From NCBI GenBank assembly GCA_029742005.1, contig GCA_029742005.1_4113.1: DNA of 64,000 nt; one strand, written 5' to 3'. Below the pieces are notes generated by a model. The model was not told the DNA's origin. It did not search any database and worked only from the letters and a program-made list of their open reading frames with translations. Numbering within the stretch: the first letter of the stretch is position 1; each line of letters opens with the position of its first letter. Below are positions 56,124 through 64,000 of the stretch, piece by piece. The DNA comes from a phage. The position numbers and the translations under genes were made by a program.

Positions 56124-56379
56124 AGCTGAACTAATAGTTCATACATATAAAATGATATCAAGTACTAAGTTATCATATAGTGAAGATAATCCAGTACTGG
56201 ATTATTTTGTTGAATTATTGAAAGAGCATTATATTGGTAAATCACTGATTCTTAATAATATTAATTTCACGGTAAAGGATGTAGCACCTGGAAAAAACGT
56301 ACTAATAGTATGTGTTACTTCATCTGATAACCCAGTATACCCAATATCAATAATTTTTGAGATATTAGGAGATTTATGA
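56116..56379 (+). CDS. fam3-like small protein
   Basis: track frame 55993..56379 overlaps upstream gene; start moved to ATG 56116. Confidence 0.5.
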   Translation: MTKAELIVHTYKMISSTKLSYSEDNPVLDYFVELLKEHYIGKSLILNNINFTVKDVAPGKNVLIVCVTSSDNPVYPISIIFEILGDL

Positions 56380-56666
56380 ATATCATTTTAATGCAGAAAA
56401 CATATGCTATATTGGTGAAAGATTATTCCATTACTTTCGATTCACAAGAAAGTGCTCTACATAACCTATACAAAAACGTAACACAAGAATACAGAAATAT
56501 GTTTTCTGACTTAGTAGTAGGAAGGTATTTCAGTACTAGAAAATACCCAAAACTTCAAATAGTTGATGTTTCTTTTTATTTCAATGGTCATATTACTATT
56601 CATACTTTAGACCAAGATTCAACAACGTACTTAAACTTTTCATTTGATGAGGTAACATTTTTATGA
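56376..56666 (+). CDS. fam3 small protein
   Basis: ORF track; signature MQKTYAILVKDY. Confidence 0.55.
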   Translation: MNIILMQKTYAILVKDYSITFDSQESALHNLYKNVTQEYRNMFSDLVVGRYFSTRKYPKLQIVDVSFYFNGHITIHTLDQDSTTYLNFSFDEVTFL

Positions 56667-56839
56667 GAGCAGTATTTTTTATCTGGAGTCTTTTTTCATT
56701 GGCAGTACTGACAGTATGTGGGATTTGTTTCCTTTCATCAATTAATACTTGGTATATCAATTTACTATTTCCATTTGTCTGTGTTGGTTTAGGGTTTACT
56801 TTGCATAGTGTATGTAAGGATTACAATGAGAACAAATGA
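56663..56839 (+). CDS. putative small membrane protein (58 aa)
   Basis: hand-called; ATGA overlap; two hydrophobic segments. Confidence 0.4.
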   Translation: MRAVFFIWSLFSLAVLTVCGICFLSSINTWYINLLFPFVCVGLGFTLHSVCKDYNENK

Positions 56840-57104
56840 AGTACTTATTGCTGAAACAATGAAGATGATTTACAATATCACGTCAGCACAGAATATGCCC
56901 TATCCAACTAAGTCTTTATTGAGGACTGTGTATCTGGGGATAGTACAGGAGTACTACAAATCCAAGCACCGAAGCATTATTAGTGTTTATCGTGATTATG
57001 AAAGGATTCGTATTTTATTCTGGAACAAGAATCGAGTACGTTCTGAATGTGACCTAGTGGACTTTAAATTAGAGAATCTTTATTGCTATAAACAGGGACA
57101 ATAG
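56826..57104 (+). CDS. fam3-like small protein
   Basis: track frame 56808..57104 (GTG); start moved to ATG 56826. Confidence 0.5.
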   Translation: MRTNEVLIAETMKMIYNITSAQNMPYPTKSLLRTVYLGIVQEYYKSKHRSIISVYRDYERIRILFWNKNRVRSECDLVDFKLENLYCYKQGQ

Positions 57105-57162
57105 TTTAATTCATGATATAATAATGGGTAAGGAACAATAATTAACACAAGGAGTGTGTGAA

Positions 57163-57891
57163 ATGCTTGACCGTATCCGTTTCGCTACAGAGATGGCGAA
57201 TGAATTAAACATGGCAAATTTCCAAATGTTAACATCAGTAATGGCTGAACATGCATGTGCTTATTCTGTAAGTGGTGTGCAGTGTGGTCAGGAGAATATG
57301 TTAGCAGATGTTTATAGTGAAGTGCAAAGTAAGCAATATAGTGTAAAGACATATAAGGATAAGTTTGTTAGTCTTTATATGAACGAAGATATTGCCGAAG
57401 ACCGTAAATTCACTGATTTTATTATTGAACGCCGAGTATCAGGTGTATCTAATCCTAATGCATCAAGCGAGGAAGTTTTTGCAGAAGTACTGAAAGATAT
57501 ATACGAAAATGAATTAAAAAGTAAGAATCATTACAATGTACGTGAAACTAACACAGTGCTCTTGGGATATGATGAAGACGAAGAATACTATTATTTTCGT
57601 ATGACTGAAGTTCCTTTTGAATACAAATCTCCATATACAACTACAGTGAAAGAATTTACTGAAAAAAGTAAAAACTTCATGAAGCATGAAGGAAATCGTT
57701 GTAGTATAAATGGTTACGACGAAAATGGCATTCACATTTATGAGTGGGTTCACCCAAATTGTCAGACATACACTCGTTGCTTGAAAAAACGTTATAATTT
57801 AGAAGAGCATGAATCATTCTATTTTAAAGTTAAGAAGCAAGGTTACACTCGCCCCGCCGATTCTGAATTGATGGGTATGATATATTTCTAA
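57163..57891 (+). CDS. hypothetical protein (242 aa)
   Basis: track frame 57154..57891; start moved to ATG 57163 behind RBS AAGGAG; TGATATAAT promoter-like box about 45 nt upstream. Confidence 0.6.
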   Translation: MLDRIRFATEMANELNMANFQMLTSVMAEHACAYSVSGVQCGQENMLADVYSEVQSKQYSVKTYKDKFVSLYMNEDIAEDRKFTDFIIERRVSGVSNPNASSEEVFAEVLKDIYENELKSKNHYNVRETNTVLLGYDEDEEYYYFRMTEVPFEYKSPYTTTVKEFTEKSKNFMKHEGNRCSINGYDENGIHIYEWVHPNCQTYTRCLKKRYNLEEHESFYFKVKKQGYTRPADSELMGMIYF

Positions 57892-57901
57892 GGAAACTTC
57901 T

Positions 57902-58183
57902 ATGGATTTTTATCTACACACATGGACATACGAACAATATATTACATTATATCTTGAAATTATTAACACAGAACCTAGGTGTGGTTGTTGGTTCGCAGAT
58001 ATCATAAAAGAGTATGCTGACGAGTTCGAGTTTGTGTATCTTGGGTCTGATATATTTGTAAAAAGTGTAGGTAAAACCGGACGAATCACTGATATAGATT
58101 ACGACACTGTTAGTGTGAATTTCTATGTTGATTTTCCTGATGCTGGAGTTGATGGTGTATATTGTCTTTATGAAATAATTTAA
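57902..58183 (+). CDS. hypothetical protein
   Basis: ORF track. Confidence 0.55.
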   Translation: MDFYLHTWTYEQYITLYLEIINTEPRCGCWFADIIKEYADEFEFVYLGSDIFVKSVGKTGRITDIDYDTVSVNFYVDFPDAGVDGVYCLYEII

Positions 58184-58189
58184 ATTCTT

Positions 58190-58216
58190 AGGCCAGCGTT
58201 TGCTGGTCTTTTTTCG
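58190..58216 (+). terminator. rho-independent terminator
   Basis: AGGCCAGC..GCTGGTCT hairpin then T6. Confidence 0.7.
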
Positions 58217-58227
58217 CAGGTACAAAG

Positions 58228-58530
58228 ATGTTCAGTATAGATTTAATTAACAGTACTATCAAAATGTTGGCTGATTTGGTGAGACAATCCAATGGAACTT
58301 TATATCCATCAATGTATAAAATGTTTGACCGATACATCAAGGATTGTAACATATCATTATATGGACTTACTGTTGATATAGACGATTACTATGGAATTAA
58401 TACTTCATATAAAACAGGAATTTTAATTGGTATTAATATAAAGATGGGGTATTTCCCTTATTACTGTATAGGATTACCAGATAATACTTTGGTAGAATAT
58501 CCAGCCAGTACTATTAAATTAAGAGGATAA
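58228..58530 (+). CDS. hypothetical protein
   Basis: ORF track. Confidence 0.55.
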   Translation: MFSIDLINSTIKMLADLVRQSNGTLYPSMYKMFDRYIKDCNISLYGLTVDIDDYYGINTSYKTGILIGINIKMGYFPYYCIGLPDNTLVEYPASTIKLRG

Positions 58531-58537
58531 AACTAAA

Positions 58538-59116
58538 ATGAATGTATTAGAATTAAGTACTAAGCTGATTAGTATGCGTAATGAGTGGTACGATTGGTTT
58601 TATAATGGTACTGATATGAATTTTTCAAAATATCCATTTATGGAATCAGGATGTGATTCAAGATACCGCTGGTTGAGCAAAAGTGATTCTGGTTTACATA
58701 TTAGAATCGATGATAGTGGTCGAGGAATTATACACGATTTACTTCAAGTTGATCAATTCGTCCATGACAATTGGTGTGATAACGATCCATACCTTGGAAA
58801 TATGATTTATATAAGTGAAGATGATTGCGTATTCGTTATCCAGCGACATGGTAATTCTATGTTTTATGTAGCAGACAGCAGTACACCAGAAGGTGCAGCA
58901 GCCGATGGACTTATGCCTAAAATTGATATATTGGAATTTGGATTACCTGAGCACTTCCAGATTAGTACTTTATACGATATTCCACCACTTGAGTTCTTTG
59001 AAGAATTTAAATTGTACTTCAATGATCTTCAAAAATTGAGTACTGATAGACGCATTGAAATAACTGTTAAGTACATGGACGGAACGAAATTAACCGATAC
59101 GGGGATAGAATTTTGA
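58538..59116 (+). CDS. fam2-like protein
   Basis: ORF track; motif LPEHFQISTLYD. Confidence 0.55.
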   Translation: MNVLELSTKLISMRNEWYDWFYNGTDMNFSKYPFMESGCDSRYRWLSKSDSGLHIRIDDSGRGIIHDLLQVDQFVHDNWCDNDPYLGNMIYISEDDCVFVIQRHGNSMFYVADSSTPEGAAADGLMPKIDILEFGLPEHFQISTLYDIPPLEFFEEFKLYFNDLQKLSTDRRIEITVKYMDGTKLTDTGIEF

Positions 59117-59802
59117 TTAAAGATTTAGATAGAATTTTATATGTACTAAGGGGTGTAATTACATTACATCCACAAATCAATCGAATTGAAAGTACATTTC
59201 AGTTGGAGTCAAGAGAAACTCCATATTCACATATATCAAATGTAGTTGGTTCACTCAGTACTGAAGACTCGTCTTACGATATTTGTGTATGTGAAGTACA
59301 ACCAAGTTCGGATCTTGGATTTGCTATTTTTGATAAAAATCAAAATCTCATTAGTATGTTTCAGTGCAATAATCCTTTTTGGAAAACATGCCTGTATCCA
59401 GAGTGGGCTATGCTTGATCCAACCAAGAGTACCATTAAAGTTTATGACTCTAAAAATGATGAAGTCGTTATTGATTTGGATGAGTCAATGTCAGAGGAAG
59501 AACACTTTCAGCTAATGATGATGCGTGCTATGCCTGAATACAATGCAATGATTAACACAGTGCAATACATTAAGGATACCATGCCATCGTTGCGTACACA
59601 TGAGTTTTGTCATCCGGTATTGTATGAACATCTAGATTTAGACTTCAGTACTATTAAATTTAAAGATAGTGTTATTAGATATATCCAAGAAGTTACTAAA
59701 TTTAATTTCATTAGTACAATGAATAATAACCCTGAAACAAATTTCAGACGACAATATAATGAATCTTTGTCTAATGGACGTGATACCAGTTGGTGGAAAT
59801 AA
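59113..59802 (+). CDS. fam2-like protein
   Basis: ORF track; motif EEEHFQLMMMRA. Confidence 0.55.
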   Translation: MIKDLDRILYVLRGVITLHPQINRIESTFQLESRETPYSHISNVVGSLSTEDSSYDICVCEVQPSSDLGFAIFDKNQNLISMFQCNNPFWKTCLYPEWAMLDPTKSTIKVYDSKNDEVVIDLDESMSEEEHFQLMMMRAMPEYNAMINTVQYIKDTMPSLRTHEFCHPVLYEHLDLDFSTIKFKDSVIRYIQEVTKFNFISTMNNNPETNFRRQYNESLSNGRDTSWWK

Positions 59803-59803
59803 T

Positions 59804-59956
59804 ATGAATATCCAAGATAGATTACAATTACTGTACACACTTGAACAGGCTGCTTATGAACTTGTTCGAAAAATCTCTGAAGAACTCCCTAAAGGAACTA
59901 AAGTTCGTGTACGTGAGATGAATTATTTTTCTGGAAAATTGAAGAACAAGTACTAA
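59804..59956 (+). CDS. small hypothetical protein (50 aa)
   Basis: track frame 59759..59956; start moved to ATG 59804 (TAATATG junction). Confidence 0.4.
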   Translation: MNIQDRLQLLYTLEQAAYELVRKISEELPKGTKVRVREMNYFSGKLKNKY

Positions 59957-60062
59957 CAGTGAATAAAGTAACATACTATGAATCTGAGTTGTCTATTCAG
60001 TGTGAATCAGATGATGGATTAATATCATATTATGGGACTGATATAGACATAGAGGTAATAAA

Positions 60063-61205
60063 ATGACCCTTTTGCAAATATATGAAGATTTAATGCACTT
60101 ATGTAATACAAACGATGCATTCTTTTATGTGGATCATAAAAGTCCTGCTGGTGGCACGTATCGTGTATTCAGTTATCGTCTAGCATCATACACTGATTTC
60201 ATGCAACCAAATGCGTTGGAAACCCGTGGCTCTATGTGGGAAATTGATGAAGAAGGTGAAATGATACGTTGTGCAGCACGTACAATGAAAAAGTTCTTCA
60301 ATGCTTACGAGAATCCTGCTACAATGTTCCCTGCTAACACCACATGCGATGACATTGCGGTAGTGATGCCTAAGTTGGATGGTTCGATTATCAGTACTTA
60401 CCGTGATAATGATGGTGAGATTCGTTGTAAATCACATACTGCATTGTATTCTGACCATGCGATTAATAGTACTCGACTTATTAACGAGAACCAGAATTTG
60501 TATCAGTACATCGACGAAGCGGAACGTTTAGGTTACACAGTTAATATGGAGTATACAAGCCCAGAGTACCGAATTGTATTACCATATCAGGTAGAACAAC
60601 TGTTTGTACTGAACGTTCGTCATCGTGTGAGTGGTGAGTTGCTATGTGGTAAAGCACTACGTGATAAGTTTCCATGTCTTGCACAGTACAGTACTAATAT
60701 GACTGGAAAAGATATTCATCACACTTTTCCGGTACGAAATACCTTCCGTGAAAGCGTGGAGGAAGTTCATAAAATGCTTGATATTGAGGGTTTTGTGTGC
60801 ATCCTAAATAATGGGACAATGTGTAAAATAAAGACTGACTGGTACAGTTCATTACATCTTACAAAAGATAGTATTATTATTGATTCTCATTTATATGAAG
60901 CAGTATTAAATGGTTCAAGTGATGATTTAAAACAATTGTTCAGTACTGATGAATATGCTATGCAAAAGATATTAAGAATGGAACAATTGGTATTTTCGTG
61001 CTATAATGCATTACAAGATGAAGTAGAAAGCTTCGTCAAGGAACACAAGCACTTGGAGCGAAAGGAATTCGCAATGAAGGTTCAGGAGTGTTTAACTAAT
61101 GAACTGAATCGTCAGGGCTTGGCCTTTGCAATGTATAACAATAAGAAAGTTGATTACAAAGAGACTCTTATAAAATACATGAAAATTGTACTAAAGGATT
61201 TTTAG
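60063..61205 (+). CDS. rnlA: RNA ligase 1 (T4 RnlA-like)
   Basis: ORF track; RBS GAGG; KxDG adenylation motif (PKLDGS); YRVFSY, EKFFN..ENP, KIKTDWY..LH..K and SDDLK blocks match recalled T4 RnlA in order; T4-like length 380 aa. Confidence 0.8.
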   Translation: MTLLQIYEDLMHLCNTNDAFFYVDHKSPAGGTYRVFSYRLASYTDFMQPNALETRGSMWEIDEEGEMIRCAARTMKKFFNAYENPATMFPANTTCDDIAVVMPKLDGSIISTYRDNDGEIRCKSHTALYSDHAINSTRLINENQNLYQYIDEAERLGYTVNMEYTSPEYRIVLPYQVEQLFVLNVRHRVSGELLCGKALRDKFPCLAQYSTNMTGKDIHHTFPVRNTFRESVEEVHKMLDIEGFVCILNNGTMCKIKTDWYSSLHLTKDSIIIDSHLYEAVLNGSSDDLKQLFSTDEYAMQKILRMEQLVFSCYNALQDEVESFVKEHKHLERKEFAMKVQECLTNELNRQGLAFAMYNNKKVDYKETLIKYMKIVLKDF

Positions 61206-61235
61206 TACTATCTAGCCTAAGCACAAGGAGAAGTG

Positions 61236-61490
61236 ATGGCTAAACCTAAGTATAAAAATGACGGTTCCCTTTCTCCGACTGAGTTCAGGAAAATACAAGA
61301 AGAAATCGATGAATTACAGCACAAACGCTCAATGAAAGGTGTGAAGATAAGTAAGAAACGAATCGAGAATACCTTCGGATGTAGTAGTACTGAATACAAG
61401 AAGAAAAGGAAACCAAAAGGTGTTAAGCCGAGAATACATGATGTAACTCGCTATACATCGAAACGTGAAAATAAATTTGATCCACTATAA
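61236..61490 (+). CDS. hypothetical basic protein
   Basis: track frame 61233..61490 (GTG); ATG 61236 behind RBS AAGGAGAAG. Confidence 0.55.
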   Translation: MAKPKYKNDGSLSPTEFRKIQEEIDELQHKRSMKGVKISKKRIENTFGCSSTEYKKKRKPKGVKPRIHDVTRYTSKRENKFDPL

Positions 61491-61499
61491 GGAGTTCAT

Positions 61500-61730
61500 A
61501 TGAAAGTTGAAGTTCAGCATAGTATTGTTCAGGATATGTCAGTAGTTAAATTTCTTTCTCTGAAAGATTACTTCAGATGTATCAAGTTCCTAGAAGAATC
61601 TCAATTACAGTGGACCCCATTAAAGTACAGTTCATCCAATGATACTGCTAGTATTCGTTGTGATGAATCTGTACTTGTGAAAATCTCCAAGCGATTTGGA
61701 GTAGGAAAAGTTAATGAGCACAGTAAGTGA
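61500..61730 (+). CDS. hypothetical protein
   Basis: ORF track; RBS AAGGAG. Confidence 0.55.
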   Translation: MKVEVQHSIVQDMSVVKFLSLKDYFRCIKFLEESQLQWTPLKYSSSNDTASIRCDESVLVKISKRFGVGKVNEHSK

Positions 61731-61968
61731 CCTAAAATACTACAACAAAACTGCGGATACGTTTATTACTCATTTATATGAAGAATTTAGTCGTATCCGT
61801 AAGGAATATACAGGTAAATGTATTTTATATAGTTCTTATCATAGTGGTGGAATTGAAAGTGCTTACATTACTAAAGTGAAGTTTTCTGATGACTATCAAT
61901 TACTCTTTGAATTAGATGATTGTTTCGTTATTGAAGCTTGTTTGATAGTGGATGTTCTAGATAATTGA
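61714..61968 (+). CDS. hypothetical protein
   Basis: ORF track. Confidence 0.5.
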   Translation: MSTVSDLKYYNKTADTFITHLYEEFSRIRKEYTGKCILYSSYHSGGIESAYITKVKFSDDYQLLFELDDCFVIEACLIVDVLDN

Positions 61969-61974
61969 GGACAT

Positions 61975-62289
61975 ATGAATAAAGAACTTGCATTTGAGAG
62001 GATCGAAAAGTTAAAGTACATTGAAAAGGAACTAATAGAATCTGTCGAATCAATGGTCGAAGATTACGTTTTCGATTTTAAGAAAACATTGATTGGATGT
62101 AAAGTTAAATGCTGGGATCATACAATCAGAGAATGGTTCAGTACTATAATTCTTGATGTTAAAGTATCGCGTACTGCTATTGGTAATTTAGTAAATGGTG
62201 AATGCTTTGTATACACTGAATACAATAACGGAACAAGAAACCTTTCAAGAGGATGGCACAAACTCGAAGATGTAGAATTCATTGAGTAA
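61975..62289 (+). CDS. hypothetical protein
   Basis: ORF track; RBS GAGGA. Confidence 0.55.
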   Translation: MNKELAFERIEKLKYIEKELIESVESMVEDYVFDFKKTLIGCKVKCWDHTIREWFSTIILDVKVSRTAIGNLVNGECFVYTEYNNGTRNLSRGWHKLEDVEFIE

Positions 62290-62301
62290 CAAGGAGTAAT
62301 A

Positions 62302-63234
62302 ATGCCAACTATTACACTAACAGTTGGATTACCTGGGTGTGGTAAAACCACATGGGCAGTTCAAGAAATTAAAAATGCCAAATCCAAGACTATCAACATC
62401 AACCGTGATGATATTCGTGAATCTATGGCTGGGTCACATGATGCTTACAAATTCAACGATGCTAATGAGCAGTACGTAACTAATTTACAGTTCAGTGCAG
62501 CAAATTCAGCAGCAGAGAATGGTTGGAACATCATCATATCCGATACAAACCTTAAACAACATTTCCGTAATCTCTGGAAAGTATGGGCTAAAGATAATGG
62601 TTATGATTACAAAGAAAAGAACTTCTATGATGATTTTGTACCTAATGAAGACCGTGGTGCAGATGTTCATGAATTCTTTAAGATTAAAGAGTTCGTAAAA
62701 CTTTGTAAGAAATATAACCTTCAGCGTGAGCGTTCAGTACAAGATAATATCATTGACACAATGGCAGATACGTACTATTATAGTAAGGCATTGCACATTG
62801 GTTACTATGGTAATTCACGAGAAGCTGCTGTTATCGTTGATATTGACGGTACTCTTGCTCATAAATGGGGTCGTAATCCTTACGATGAAAGTACTGTTCT
62901 TCAGGATACACCTGATGAAGAAGTTATTTTGTCTATTATCGCTGAAGCAGTTTTTCATAAACGCAAGATTATCGTCATGAGTGGGCGTACTGAAGGGTGT
63001 CGTACTGACACCGAACAGTGGCTTAAGAATTGGGGTGTTCCTTACGATGCATTGTTTATGCGAGGCATCGATGATAAACGTCCTGATGATGTTGTTAAAT
63101 TCGACCTGTACATGAAAAATGTGGTTAATCAATACGATGTTAAAAAGGTATATGATGACCGCGAAGCCGTGACGTTCATGTGGCGTAAGCTACTTGGTTT
63201 GAAGGTATTTCAAGTAGATTTTGGACGTTTTTGA
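62302..63234 (+). CDS. pnk: polynucleotide 5'-kinase / 3'-phosphatase (T4 Pnk-like)
   Basis: ORF track; RBS AAGGAG; N-terminal P-loop GLPGCGKTT; C-terminal HAD-type DxDGT (VDIDGTLA); blocks match recalled T4 Pnk in order. Confidence 0.8.
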   Translation: MPTITLTVGLPGCGKTTWAVQEIKNAKSKTININRDDIRESMAGSHDAYKFNDANEQYVTNLQFSAANSAAENGWNIIISDTNLKQHFRNLWKVWAKDNGYDYKEKNFYDDFVPNEDRGADVHEFFKIKEFVKLCKKYNLQRERSVQDNIIDTMADTYYYSKALHIGYYGNSREAAVIVDIDGTLAHKWGRNPYDESTVLQDTPDEEVILSIIAEAVFHKRKIIVMSGRTEGCRTDTEQWLKNWGVPYDALFMRGIDDKRPDDVVKFDLYMKNVVNQYDVKKVYDDREAVTFMWRKLLGLKVFQVDFGRF

Positions 63235-63274
63235 TAAAATAAATAGTGCATATATGACAAAAAGGACTTTCTAT

Positions 63275-63961
63275 ATGCACTATTATATTATATATAAAAT
63301 AACCAATTTAATTAATAATAAAATTTATATTGGTGCTCATATGACTGATGACATAAATGATGAATATATGGGTTCAGGTGTTCTGATAAAGAAATCCATT
63401 AAGAAATATGGAATTGAAAAATTCAATAAAGAAATACTTTATATTTTTGATAATAAAGAAGAAATGTATAACAAAGAAAGAGAAATTGTTAATGAACAAT
63501 TTATACAAAGAAGCGACACATATAACATCAAACGTGGTGGAGAAGGTGGCTACGGCGTAATTGATAAAGAAAATTGGAAAAAACAAATATCAACGACACA
63601 AAAGAAGCGATATTCTTCAGGTGTTGTGGCTTGGAATAAAGGTAAATCTGTATCAGAAGAAACACGTATTCAAATGAGTCAGAGGATGAAAGGTCGTTTC
63701 CCTGGAGATAAAAATCCTATGCATGGTAAACCCTGTACATATAAAATGACAGATGAAGAAAAAACATCATGGTCCAACAATATAAAGAAATCAAACACTG
63801 GTAAAAAGAGAACTGATGTTCAAAAACAAAAATATTCTTCGGTCGCGTCAAAACGAATTTGGTTAGTTCATAAAAGTGGTAAAGTTACTAATACACAAAA
63901 TGAAAATGACCCACGTTTGAATGATCCAGATTGGCAACGTGGTCAAAAGTGGAGAGAATGA
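63275..63961 (+). CDS. GIY-YIG homing endonuclease (Seg/I-TevI-like)
   Basis: track frame 63221..63961; start moved to ATG 63275 behind RBS AAAGGA; IYKITN..KIYIG..NIKRGGEG pattern; basic C-terminal half; locally very AT-rich. Confidence 0.65.
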   Translation: MHYYIIYKITNLINNKIYIGAHMTDDINDEYMGSGVLIKKSIKKYGIEKFNKEILYIFDNKEEMYNKEREIVNEQFIQRSDTYNIKRGGEGGYGVIDKENWKKQISTTQKKRYSSGVVAWNKGKSVSEETRIQMSQRMKGRFPGDKNPMHGKPCTYKMTDEEKTSWSNNIKKSNTGKKRTDVQKQKYSSVASKRIWLVHKSGKVTNTQNENDPRLNDPDWQRGQKWRE

Positions 63962-64000
63962 ATATTTTTATGGATTATAATTTTTGAGGGATCATAATTT

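Noticed and set aside
57163-57891. Nuclease call for the 242-aa protein
   Set aside because: A D..E.RR stretch (DFIIERR) vaguely resembles a PD-(D/E)xK core but the evidence is too thin; left as hypothetical.
22709-62980. Alternative-frame plus-strand ORFs embedded in larger genes (22709..22915, 2886..3083, 30346..30591, 30834..31037, 38083..38364, 40873..41061, 43676..43864, 48454..48669, 49510..49701, 59246..59515, 62495..62698, 62726..62980)
   Set aside because: They are fully contained in longer ORFs that have family motifs or recognisable domains, and have no independent start signals.
1258-63586. All minus-strand ORFs in the track (for example 1258..1545, 3826..4089, 6241..6651, 10693..11118, 52246..52569, 62815..63132, 63374..63586)
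   Set aside because: Each lies antisense within a better-supported plus-strand gene, lacks an RBS, and has the skewed composition expected of antisense AT-rich coding DNA. Every promoter and terminator I can see is on the plus strand.
1-64000. tRNA or rRNA genes
   Set aside because: No GTTCRANYC-type T-arm with matching acceptor stems and no rRNA-like stretches found by eye; needs tRNAscan-SE to confirm.
1-64000. T4-type middle promoters (MotA box TGCTT near -30) and late promoters (TATAAATA)
   Set aside because: No recurring TGCTT box at -30 of any -10 element. Only loose TATAAAT-like matches (for example near 48112) without consistent spacing to starts, so none were annotated.

Overview
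This window reads as a contiguous, entirely plus-strand, AT-rich stretch of a large virulent phage genome with T4-type hallmarks. Recognisable genes are an RnlA-like RNA ligase 1, a Pnk-like polynucleotide kinase/phosphatase, a small Dam-family N6-adenine methyltransferase, a GIY-YIG homing endonuclease, an HxGH nucleotidyltransferase, a eukaryotic-like protein kinase fold and a TraR/DksA-like zinc finger. Positions 1-13.3 kb are an early-gene block of small ORFs, each behind a sigma70-like promoter followed by a conserved 5' stem-loop, with a ~170-bp intergenic cassette repeated four times. The striking content is 13.5-50 kb: two very large tandem arrays of paralogous, translationally coupled genes. 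Family 1 has about 31 copies of ~65-90 aa sharing [LF]-G-T-[ND]-[YF]-Q-[ED]. Family 2 has about 45-55 copies of ~100-230 aa sharing E-E-x-[YFL]-F-Q-x-S-[LT]-[VI]-x-D, a motif that resembles a TEV/3C-type protease site. A third, smaller family of about 7 copies sits at 54.5-57.1 kb. Arrays show recent duplications and pseudogenised copies. Other signals are a roughly 5-15 fold excess of GTAC/AGTACT by eye, seven Chi octamers, and a ~0.6-kb non-coding island at 51.1-51.7 kb. No rRNA, tRNA or CRISPR was found. All functional calls are from motif reading without database searches. CDS coordinates come from the ORF track with starts adjusted by RBS and promoter context; hand-called small ORFs and regulatory sites may be off by 1-2 nt.
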